This document shows positions 20,526 through 27,816 of a stretch of 37,031 nt of DNA, in pieces (positions within the stretch are counted from its first letter, which is position 1; each line of letters opens with the position of its first letter). Location: the sequence record DRR378314_598. The stretch is one strand, 5' to 3'. Below the pieces are notes generated by a model that saw only the letters and a list, made by a program, of their open reading frames with translations, made no database searches and was not told the DNA's origin. A program made the position numbers and the translations under genes.

Positions 20526-21587
20526 ATGATTGATTGGCTCACTCTGGTTATCCCAATGAAGCACCCAGTAATCAACTCAGGCCATTTTATCGAGCTTACC
20601 CCTGACGGTGACCTAGTTCGCGAATTTGCGAAGGTACGCACCGTTAAGGGGTCTTTTTCTTCATCTATCAGTCTGAAAACAAATATCGTGAGTCCTTGCC
20701 AGAAATATGGTGAACAGCTTTATATCTCCGGCAACCCTTCAAAATTTCTACAGGGTCATAACTGTTTCGGCTCAAATGACATTAAATCGCTGGCACTTGG
20801 AATGGTCGAGCAGGCACTCGCCCTGCTCGATTTTGAACTCAACGACTTTTCACGCCAGACCATTCTTAACGGCAATTACACCGTTAAACGCATTGATATT
20901 ACGGAAATGTTCGAGTTACCGAACGCCGCTGACGTAGATGCTTGGATATACGCCATGAGCAACAGCAGTAAATCCCGCCACGGATTACCCGAACTGACCA
21001 ACAGAACTTTGTATTTCGGCAAGAATTCACGCCGCTACGCAACAAAAATGTATTCAAAATTCCGTGAATTAACCACGGGCAAAAAAGAACACGCTTTACC
21101 TCAAGAACTGCTGAATTCCGGCATTCTCGACTGGACGATTAATAAAGTCCGTATAGAGCACGTTTTACGTGCGCAAGAACTCAAGAAAATAGCTCAAGAC
21201 CGTTGCAACAAAGACTTTTTACAAGGCAAAGACCTAACCCCGACCGTCATAGAGCAATTGTTTAACGAATATGTGGGGCGCATTGATATGTCAGGACAAA
21301 TCACCGCAACAGACGAAAAATTACAGCAATTACCAAGTGGCGTTTATGGAACCTATCAACTCTGGAAACAAGGCTTAGACATTCGTTCGGTAGTCTCCAG
21401 AGCAACAATGTTCCGCCACCGTAAAACCATCAAAGATACTCTGAATATCGACATTTTCTTACCGCCGAAACAAGCGAAAACAAACGTTATTCCGCTGTTG
21501 CGGCCTTTAGAAGCAAAACCAGCCCAAGTTCCGGCTGAGTTACTTACTTACCAATACGACGGAGAAAAACAGTATGCAACAGGTTAG
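20526..21587 (+). CDS. Phage/plasmid rolling-circle replication initiator, gene II/X (Cri) family
   Basis: MIDWL start, GSFSSSI, ISGNPSKFLQGHNCFGS, RIDIT, TLYFGKNSRR, KMYSK. Confidence 0.92.
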   Translation: MIDWLTLVIPMKHPVINSGHFIELTPDGDLVREFAKVRTVKGSFSSSISLKTNIVSPCQKYGEQLYISGNPSKFLQGHNCFGSNDIKSLALGMVEQALALLDFELNDFSRQTILNGNYTVKRIDITEMFELPNAADVDAWIYAMSNSSKSRHGLPELTNRTLYFGKNSRRYATKMYSKFRELTTGKKEHALPQELLNSGILDWTINKVRIEHVLRAQELKKIAQDRCNKDFLQGKDLTPTVIEQLFNEYVGRIDMSGQITATDEKLQQLPSGVYGTYQLWKQGLDIRSVVSRATMFRHRKTIKDTLNIDIFLPPKQAKTNVIPLLRPLEAKPAQVPAELLTYQYDGEKQYATG

Positions 21588-21933
21588 AAATCACGGCTTA
21601 TCACTGAAAGGTGTCTGGAAAGGTATCTTGGAAAATCGCCGCACCAACAACGACGGTCAAGCTTATGTTCAGCATTTCGGTGGCATAGAAGTACCCAAAA
21701 TGAACGGCTTTCCTGGGGAAACCGAGGTTATTCGCGTTCAGGTTCCTAAAGACCTCGTTTCTCAGGGAATCATGGGTAAAACCTCGTCACTGATTGATAA
21801 ACAGGTCGAGTGCTTTATCTGGGTACGTGCATACCCTACCCGCGCAGGTGCTGGCTACGGCTATTACCTAGAGAACAATATCGACTGTGTTCAGCTATTG
21901 AACGGTCAGTCTGAGTTGAAAAAGGCAAGCTGA
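21574..21933 (+). CDS. Probable ssDNA-binding protein (gV / RstB position)
   Basis: 119 aa, beta-rich with aromatic and basic residues; overlaps the rep 3' end; assignment is positional. Confidence 0.65.
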   Translation: MQQVRNHGLSLKGVWKGILENRRTNNDGQAYVQHFGGIEVPKMNGFPGETEVIRVQVPKDLVSQGIMGKTSSLIDKQVECFIWVRAYPTRAGAGYGYYLENNIDCVQLLNGQSELKKAS

Positions 21934-21936
21934 TTT

Positions 21937-22212
21937 ATGCCTCAATCTCAGTCCATAGTTAGCATCGAAAAAATTAAGTCTATTACCAATTTGGAAGACT
22001 TGAAAGTTACTGTCGAGTTCTCTGGAACAGAGCTTTGTGCCTTGCATGAAGCTCTAGACACATATCTTAAGTCAAATCCGATTACAGTTTCCGACGTTGA
22101 GGATCGTGTTCTATCCATTGAGCGGCTTATCAATAGCTTATTAATTGATATCGATGCTTATTCAAATATTCCTGATTCGCACGCTAAATACTGGCTATTT
22201 GGGGTGCGCTAA
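21937..22212 (+). CDS. Phage hypothetical protein
   Basis: 91-aa ORF tightly packed between ssb and the coat genes. Confidence 0.6.
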   Translation: MPQSQSIVSIEKIKSITNLEDLKVTVEFSGTELCALHEALDTYLKSNPITVSDVEDRVLSIERLINSLLIDIDAYSNIPDSHAKYWLFGVR

Positions 22213-22443
22213 ATGTCTTTTCTCTCAGGGCTATTCATATTCGCAATTGTCGCTGTGAGTTTCGTTCGGGTCTGCCCTACGGACGTTGTAAACGGGTCAT
22301 GTCCTGAACCAATGGTTTGGCGGGAAGTTGCTTCAACATTGCCGTTAACGTTTGAGCAATTTCTCACCATTACCCCCTATTTACTAGGGGTTCTTTTCAT
22401 AGCATGGGGCTTTAAAAAGCTCATTAAAATGCTGAATCTTTAA
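22213..22443 (+). CDS. Probable minor coat protein (pVII/pIX-like)
   Basis: Cys pair, C-terminal TM and basic tail; directly before the major coat gene. Confidence 0.6.
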   Translation: MSFLSGLFIFAIVAVSFVRVCPTDVVNGSCPEPMVWREVASTLPLTFEQFLTITPYLLGVLFIAWGFKKLIKMLNL

Positions 22444-22459
22444 ATATTTGAGGTGATTT

Positions 22460-22681
22460 ATGATTGCAAAATTTAAGGCTTGGGCACTAACAGCAATGCT
22501 TGTTGTTATGTCTTTATTAGTAGCCGTTCCGGCTATGGCTCAGGACGACCCTGTGGCTCAGGCTGCTCAGGGTTTCCAATCCACTTTTTCAGGTCATGCG
22601 ACAACTATTGGTGTAGCTCTTTTGAGTGCGGCATTCGTTGCCCTTGTCTGGAAATGGGTTAAGGGAATGGCTTTCTCATAA
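22460..22681 (+). CDS. Major coat protein (pVIII) precursor
   Basis: Signal peptide ending PAMA; mature ~46 aa with acidic N-terminus (QDD), TM and basic C-terminus (WKWVK); GAGGTG RBS. Confidence 0.88.
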   Translation: MIAKFKAWALTAMLVVMSLLVAVPAMAQDDPVAQAAQGFQSTFSGHATTIGVALLSAAFVALVWKWVKGMAFS

Positions 22682-22690
22682 GGGGGCTTT

Positions 22691-22759
22691 ATGTTCACGG
22701 CCGACGATGTATTTATCATTGTCGGCCTTATGAGTCTATACAACCTTTTCGATTCATAA
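22691..22759 (+). CDS. Putative 22-aa hydrophobic micro-protein
   Basis: AGGGGG then ATG: MFTADDVFIIVGLMSLYNLFDS*; fills the pVIII-pIII gap. Confidence 0.4.
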   Translation: MFTADDVFIIVGLMSLYNLFDS

Positions 22760-22769
22760 GGTCTACACC

Positions 22770-24320
22770 ATGTTTAACAAATCCCTCTGGCTTATCCTCC
22801 TGACGATACTGGGGGGATTTTTCTTTTATTCTCCGGCTGCATCTGCGGATATTTTTATTTGTGCATCTTCGATGTATTCAGGTTGTTCTGCTAATCAAAA
22901 ACAAGTTACCTTCGCCGGTTCAACCGCAGCAATGAGTTGTGAAATTTTCGGGGGAACTCAGACAGGTTACGCCCCAAATACTCGTAGAACCCAATGCTCC
23001 GATGGTTTTGCTCCGAGCTGGTATTATACTAGTTCTGCTGCCTCACCAGATAATCCACCGCTTCCTTTTGACGAATCAGGCGAGTGTGTTCCCGACACTG
23101 AGTTTGGAATGTGTCAGCCAGAAGAAGATTGGGATAACGACGGAACTCCTAATTTTCAAGATGAAGATTCCCCCGCCTATGACCCTGATTATTGTTCTTC
23201 CAATCCGTTGTCTCAATATGCTTGTGAAGATGATGATTCCGGCGACGACGATGGTGGTGATGATGGTTCCGGTGGTGGAGGTAGCGACGGTGGTGGTGAC
23301 TCTGGCGGTGGCGGTTTACCGTCAAGCTGTGAAGGTAGCCCGACGTTCTCAGAATCTTGCTGTCGGGAGCATGCAGAAGCTCAGTGCATTGATTCAGGTG
23401 GTTTAGCTGATTGGGGGCTTGTTTCTATCGGCTCCCCAACTTGTAATTATACTTGCAACAACGATGGTGATAACGGTTCCGACCCCGGCGACGATGGAGG
23501 TTCAGGCGACGACGGTTCCGGTGACCAGACAGACAATTCAGACGTTGTTAACGCCATTAATCAGCTTAAAGATTCGAATATAACTGAGTTCGGCCAATTC
23601 AAAGAGGCTTTAGATTCTCTCGTTGCTCAGACCAGCCAGCAAACCGATGATTTAGTTGCCGCTCAGCAAAATAACACTGATACGTTAAGTAACGATTTAT
23701 CGACTCTCAATGAAACAAATCAGACAGGTTTTGAGGCTCTTTCTTCCCAGTTAGAAGCCATTAAAAACAATACTGCTCAGGACTCTCCTACAAATCCTTT
23801 TCTTGCTGATATAGCTGAAAACACCAGTAGAACTAATGAGCTTTTAGAAATAGCTAATGACCAGTATTTTTCACAGAACGGCGCGCTCATGGGTATTGAA
23901 AGTGAAATCATGGCTAACGGCGATACTTTAGGAGATATTTCAGGCCAGTTAGGTGATATATCAGATTCTTTGAATCCAGACGGCCCTGTTCCTTCCCCTG
24001 ATTCTTTTGGTGATGGTGATTTTGGTGGTGCTGCTGCCGGAAGTGGTATCGGTGACGTCATTACAGACCGTTTCGGTGAGTTGCCGGATGGTTTACCCAA
24101 TGAGGTTATAGACCTCAGCAAGGAAGCAGATAAATTTAAACCCATTCTTCGCGATACACCCTCTGACTGCCCTGCTAACCCTAAGATTGATTTAGGTGTC
24201 GCTGAATTCACCCTTAATTGGAATCCTATTTGCGACTTGTTCGGCATTCTTAAAATTTTTCTTATCGCGTCTGCAACGATTGCGGTTCCGTTCATTATTC
24301 TTGGTACAGGTAAAAACTAA
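22770..24320 (+). CDS. Attachment protein pIII-like
   Basis: Signal peptide (ASA), Cys-rich domains, Gly/Asp/Ser linkers, C-terminal CP...ICD plus TM anchor. Confidence 0.85.
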   Translation: MFNKSLWLILLTILGGFFFYSPAASADIFICASSMYSGCSANQKQVTFAGSTAAMSCEIFGGTQTGYAPNTRRTQCSDGFAPSWYYTSSAASPDNPPLPFDESGECVPDTEFGMCQPEEDWDNDGTPNFQDEDSPAYDPDYCSSNPLSQYACEDDDSGDDDGGDDGSGGGGSDGGGDSGGGGLPSSCEGSPTFSESCCREHAEAQCIDSGGLADWGLVSIGSPTCNYTCNNDGDNGSDPGDDGGSGDDGSGDQTDNSDVVNAINQLKDSNITEFGQFKEALDSLVAQTSQQTDDLVAAQQNNTDTLSNDLSTLNETNQTGFEALSSQLEAIKNNTAQDSPTNPFLADIAENTSRTNELLEIANDQYFSQNGALMGIESEIMANGDTLGDISGQLGDISDSLNPDGPVPSPDSFGDGDFGGAAAGSGIGDVITDRFGELPDGLPNEVIDLSKEADKFKPILRDTPSDCPANPKIDLGVAEFTLNWNPICDLFGILKIFLIASATIAVPFIILGTGKN

Positions 24321-24329
24321 GGGGGATTT

Positions 24330-24695
24330 ATGCATTGGTTAATAGCTGCTTTAGGTAGTCTTTTAACTTGGCTTGCCAGAGGTTTAATTACCAGCTTCGG
24401 TAAGCTAATGACAAACTTTTGGGCGGGTTTATTATTTTTTCTTCCCGGCATTGTTTACAAAGCTCTAGTTGGTTTAGGCGTTGGTACTGCAACTTACCTT
24501 CTCGGTAGTTTCAGTCTCGATATTCTTTACAGTCAAGTTGAAGCACAGTTAACGGGCTTGCCAGCTAACATGCTCGCATTCGTAAAAATGTCAGGCATTC
24601 CCGAAGGCTTATCTATTCTTTTTGGGGCTCTCTCCGCTCGCATTACTTATTCCGCTTTAGGTGTTACGAAAAAGACTATTACTTGGAACGCATAG
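24330..24695 (+). CDS. Minor coat protein pVI-like (DUF2523-like)
   Basis: Hydrophobic 121 aa with LGVG and GIPEGLSILFGA motifs; located between pIII and pI. Confidence 0.8.
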   Translation: MHWLIAALGSLLTWLARGLITSFGKLMTNFWAGLLFFLPGIVYKALVGLGVGTATYLLGSFSLDILYSQVEAQLTGLPANMLAFVKMSGIPEGLSILFGALSARITYSALGVTKKTITWNA

Positions 24696-24764
24696 AGGAA
24701 CGACAGACAGACGAGCGAGTAGCCGGCTGGCTGGCGTTCTTCGTTTTAGGGAGGATAAAATACA

Positions 24765-26114
24765 ATGCTATTTCTCAGAACGGGTTTACCTGGTGCATCT
24801 AAAACACTGAATACACTTCGTGAAATTTGTCACGATAAATCCACGGCCAATAGAGATATTTACTACAACAACATTAAGCTCTTAATGCTTGATTTTGACG
24901 TTGTGTCGAGCTTTCAGGGCTTCTTTTACGGTGAGTTTTATCCGACATTAGATAAAAAACATAAGCCCAAATACGAAAAGATATTATTGAAAATTCACGA
25001 TCAAGATGAATTAGCCAAGCCGGAAGATTTTCCGCATTTACGTACTCAATATGATGCATGGTTAGAAACGGGGGGACATATTAGTCTCTGGCTTTACTGG
25101 GTTAAACGTACTCACCCGAAAGCCAAACTCTCGGCTCTTGAAGACTATTTGAGTATTGTTGAATCCCCTACCGTTGATGACTTAAAGCAGTTTAAATTGC
25201 ACTGGAACGATTTTCCCGACCCGACAACATGGCCGGATTTACCTCGTCACTCCATTTTCGTTATTGATGAATGCCAAAGGTGGTTTCCTGTTCGCCCTGT
25301 TGGTGCAAAAGTTCCTCGTCATGTCTCTGAATTCGAAACTCACCGACACAAAGGTTTCGATGCTCATTTGGTCACTCAGGACGCGAAGCTTCTCGATTCA
25401 CATGTTCGTCGCCTTGTCGGGCGTCATATTCATTATTCTAATCCGTTGGCCTCCAAAAAAATCTCCCGAATGGAGCATGATAAAGTTTTTGACCCTTCGG
25501 ATTATCACCAACGTAAAAACGCGACTAAGGCTATTAAATCCCGTGACAGCAAGTTTTATGGGCTTTATTGGTCGGCTGATGTTCACACGCACAAAGCCAG
25601 AGTTCCTAAGTTTCTCTTTTTGCTGATCCCAGTTCTCTTTGTGCCGTTCTATTTCTATTTTCACTTTTTTGCTTCAACCGATGAAGTAGCATCTAAACCT
25701 GTCGTTGTTGACCAACAGTTAAACGATACTGAAGCCTTTATGAATTTTCCGGACACGCCACCAGACGACCCTGAAGAATCCCAAATTAAACATTTCGATG
25801 AGCTGATGAATGACGATACACCGCTTTCTTCATACTGTGACCGTGTAACCTATGCCGGAAAAGAAGTCATATCCAGACGCGGCCAAGTCACTACGAACTA
25901 CTATCTGCAATGTGAACGTGATGGGGCTGACTCTGAAACTTCAACGAAATCTAATGACGAAGAAAAGGACTCCAAATCGAGCCCAGGCATAAAAAGTGAT
26001 TCCTATCTTTTGGGGTACCGGTTCCTGACCGCGCTTGGTTTTGAGTTAGAAGTTGTTCAGGGAATGCCCTTACTTCGTTATAAGCAGAATCTTTATGCCT
26101 TTCCCCCGATTTAA
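24765..26114 (+). CDS. Zot / pI morphogenesis ATPase
   Basis: Walker A TGLPGASKT, Walker B FVIDECQ, HRHKGFDAHLVTQ, single TM, acidic C-terminal domain. Confidence 0.93.
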   Translation: MLFLRTGLPGASKTLNTLREICHDKSTANRDIYYNNIKLLMLDFDVVSSFQGFFYGEFYPTLDKKHKPKYEKILLKIHDQDELAKPEDFPHLRTQYDAWLETGGHISLWLYWVKRTHPKAKLSALEDYLSIVESPTVDDLKQFKLHWNDFPDPTTWPDLPRHSIFVIDECQRWFPVRPVGAKVPRHVSEFETHRHKGFDAHLVTQDAKLLDSHVRRLVGRHIHYSNPLASKKISRMEHDKVFDPSDYHQRKNATKAIKSRDSKFYGLYWSADVHTHKARVPKFLFLLIPVLFVPFYFYFHFFASTDEVASKPVVVDQQLNDTEAFMNFPDTPPDDPEESQIKHFDELMNDDTPLSSYCDRVTYAGKEVISRRGQVTTNYYLQCERDGADSETSTKSNDEEKDSKSSPGIKSDSYLLGYRFLTALGFELEVVQGMPLLRYKQNLYAFPPI

Positions 26115-26135
26115 TAAAAAATCGTCACTTAAAAA

Positions 26136-26292
26136 CTGTCAACGCTCGGCGCAGGGTCGAAACTCGTTTCGACCTGAGCAAGCGTAACGATAGATGGCAC
26201 TGAAAAATGAAAGTACACACCGAAGCAGAAAAAAGAAGAACCCAACGGGCAAAGGTGCAAGTAGTACTGCACTTTAGTCTCAAATTGAGACT
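26136..26292. other. Phage intergenic region with several hairpins (candidate origin / packaging signal)
   Basis: GGTCGAAAC-tc-GTTTCGACC (26155-26174); GTGCA-N8-TGCAC within 26251-26275; AGTCTCA-aat-TGAGACT (26276-26292). Confidence 0.55.
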
Positions 26293-26374
26293 CACAAATT
26301 AGTAATTGCCTTTACATTTCTGCTATAACTGATTGACCTGAAACGGATTTTTAGTATTTAGGGGATGTTGTACC

Positions 26375-26773
26375 GTGGCAACTGAATTTCAGACGGATTT
26401 TGTGCACGTTTTCGCCTTTAACTATAAGGCTGCTGCTGACCATTTTGGCGTAACTCTACGAACGATTTACCGCTGGTTTGACGGTAACCCGCCGTCCTAT
26501 ATAAAACGCTACATGAATGTCATGGCTCGCGGTTGGCTTCCTCATTACGAACCCTTTAGTAACTGGCGAATTGATGGTACCGATATTTATTTCCCGACTG
26601 GCAAAGTATCGGCCTTTGATGTGGAATTCATTGAGCAGTACAAATGGAGTCAGAGAACATTGACAGAACGTTTTAAGAATCGCCAACTGAACCAGAAAGA
26701 AATGCTTGAATCGGTCGAAAGGATTTTAGAGGAATCCGAGCGATTGAGATTGAAGCTCGGTAAGGTTATTTAA
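26375..26773 (+). CDS. HTH + DUF3653-like phage protein (XafT-like candidate)
   Basis: AAADHFGVTLRTIYRW HTH followed by GWLP...FSNWRIDGTDIYFPTG and a coiled-coil tail; GTG start with GGGG upstream. Confidence 0.65.
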   Translation: MATEFQTDFVHVFAFNYKAAADHFGVTLRTIYRWFDGNPPSYIKRYMNVMARGWLPHYEPFSNWRIDGTDIYFPTGKVSAFDVEFIEQYKWSQRTLTERFKNRQLNQKEMLESVERILEESERLRLKLGKVI

Positions 26774-27443
26774 ACTCATTATCTAGAGATTTTATTTCTT
26801 TTTCTAATGCTCTTTCTATTTTATTTTTTAGAGCATCGGTTTTTCTTCGTAAATGTGCATTTTCACTCTTTAAGCTATCTTTATCTATTTCATTTTTACT
26901 ATTTATTTTTTCCTCAACGTATAAGTGTATTTTTGCAAGATGGATCTTTAGTTTGTGGCAATGTGAATCGATTACCTCCATCTTGTAATCCATTATTTCA
27001 CCTTCGCTTTTTGTTACATCCCTTAGCCATTCATAAGTGTGAGTTTGAGTTTTAAACTCGGTAAGTTGCGCGATTAATTCTTGCTGCTGTTCTTCATAAG
27101 CACGAAAATCTGTCAGATTGGATTGTTTTAGCATTACATTTGTCATGCTATCAATACGCGCCAATATGTCTGTTAAGGTGAGCATCTGTATAGATAACTG
27201 AACCTGTGCTCTTTTCAGTTTTGCAATTTCATTGTATAGGTTGTTTCTTGTAGTTTTTTTTAGCCACTGTTTTTCGAAATCGATTACAGTCGTTAACGTT
27301 TTGGTAGTTATCAATAATGTTACTACTGTTGCAGCAACGCCAAGTATTGACACTAATTCAAAATATTCGATTGGCACTATCAAGTATATGACGCAAAGAG
27401 AAATAATTACTGTTGCGGGAAAGAGGAGAGCATTCTTATTCAT
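26766..27443 (-). CDS. Prophage accessory protein: two N-terminal TM helices plus helical/coiled-coil domain
   Basis: 225-aa ORF, visibly AT-rich, antisense to the phage core genes. Confidence 0.75.
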   Translation of the reverse strand: MNKNALLFPATVIISLCVIYLIVPIEYFELVSILGVAATVVTLLITTKTLTTVIDFEKQWLKKTTRNNLYNEIAKLKRAQVQLSIQMLTLTDILARIDSMTNVMLKQSNLTDFRAYEEQQQELIAQLTEFKTQTHTYEWLRDVTKSEGEIMDYKMEVIDSHCHKLKIHLAKIHLYVEEKINSKNEIDKDSLKSENAHLRRKTDALKNKIERALEKEIKSLDNEFK

Positions 27444-27538
27444 TATAATAATTCTCTAATTTTTTCTGTAACTTATCACACCTCGCCTCGAATTCCACTG
27501 CCTACCGCACTCATAACTTTCGTTTATGGTAAAGCCCA

Positions 27539-27566
27539 TTAAGTATAAATATACATTATACGCAAT
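27539..27566 (-). repeat. Right prophage junction: dif-like site with degenerate XerD arm
   Basis: Minus strand ATTGCGTATAA-TGTATA-TTTATACTTAA; 19 bp identical to the left dif. Confidence 0.92.
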
Positions 27567-27816
27567 TATATATTTAAGAGAAAATAGCCGTAAATTGAAG
27601 TCCTTACCACTAGCATCCCTTTAAGGTCGCGGATTACCGAAGTTCAGCTTTAAACTATGAAAACTCAATACCGAAATTGAAGCCAAATGGAAGTTTCTCT
27701 CCAGTGACAAAATGGCAAAGATCCCGCAGAGAATCGTTATTTCCCACAGCAAAACTCTCTCAATTCAGCATTTCTGTTATCATGTCGTTATTGCTAGTTA
27801 AGAGAAGAACAATTAA

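Larger units (their letters stand above)
19858..27566 (+). mobile_element. Filamentous prophage (inovirus) integrated at dif; 7,690-bp unit
   Basis: 19-bp direct repeat AATATACATTATACGCAAT at both ends; gene order repressor / rep / ssb / coat / pIII / pVI / Zot; no integrase. Confidence 0.95.

Noticed and set aside
23229-23315. GGT/GAT/GAC-rich repeats resembling a tandem repeat or array
   Set aside because: They encode the Gly/Asp/Ser linker of pIII; there is no repeat-spacer structure, so not CRISPR.
22939-23406. 155-aa alternative-frame ORF inside pIII (also the antisense 172-aa ORF at 23777-24295)
   Set aside because: Explained by the biased GAT/GGT/GAC codons of the linker-rich gene; no RBS or motif.
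24765-26114. Zot as an enterotoxin / virulence factor
   Set aside because: Sequence and context support only the pI assembly ATPase role; nothing here indicates toxin activity.
27444-27547. CTX-phi-type folded ssDNA attP (second inverted dif-like site)
   Set aside because: No inverted copy of the XerC arm was seen on either side of the reconstructed junction.
27567-27816. matP gene or matS site upstream of ycbZ; second prophage remnant
   Set aside because: No ORF or third dif-like copy was seen; GTGACAAAATGGC does not fit GTGACRNYGTCAC.
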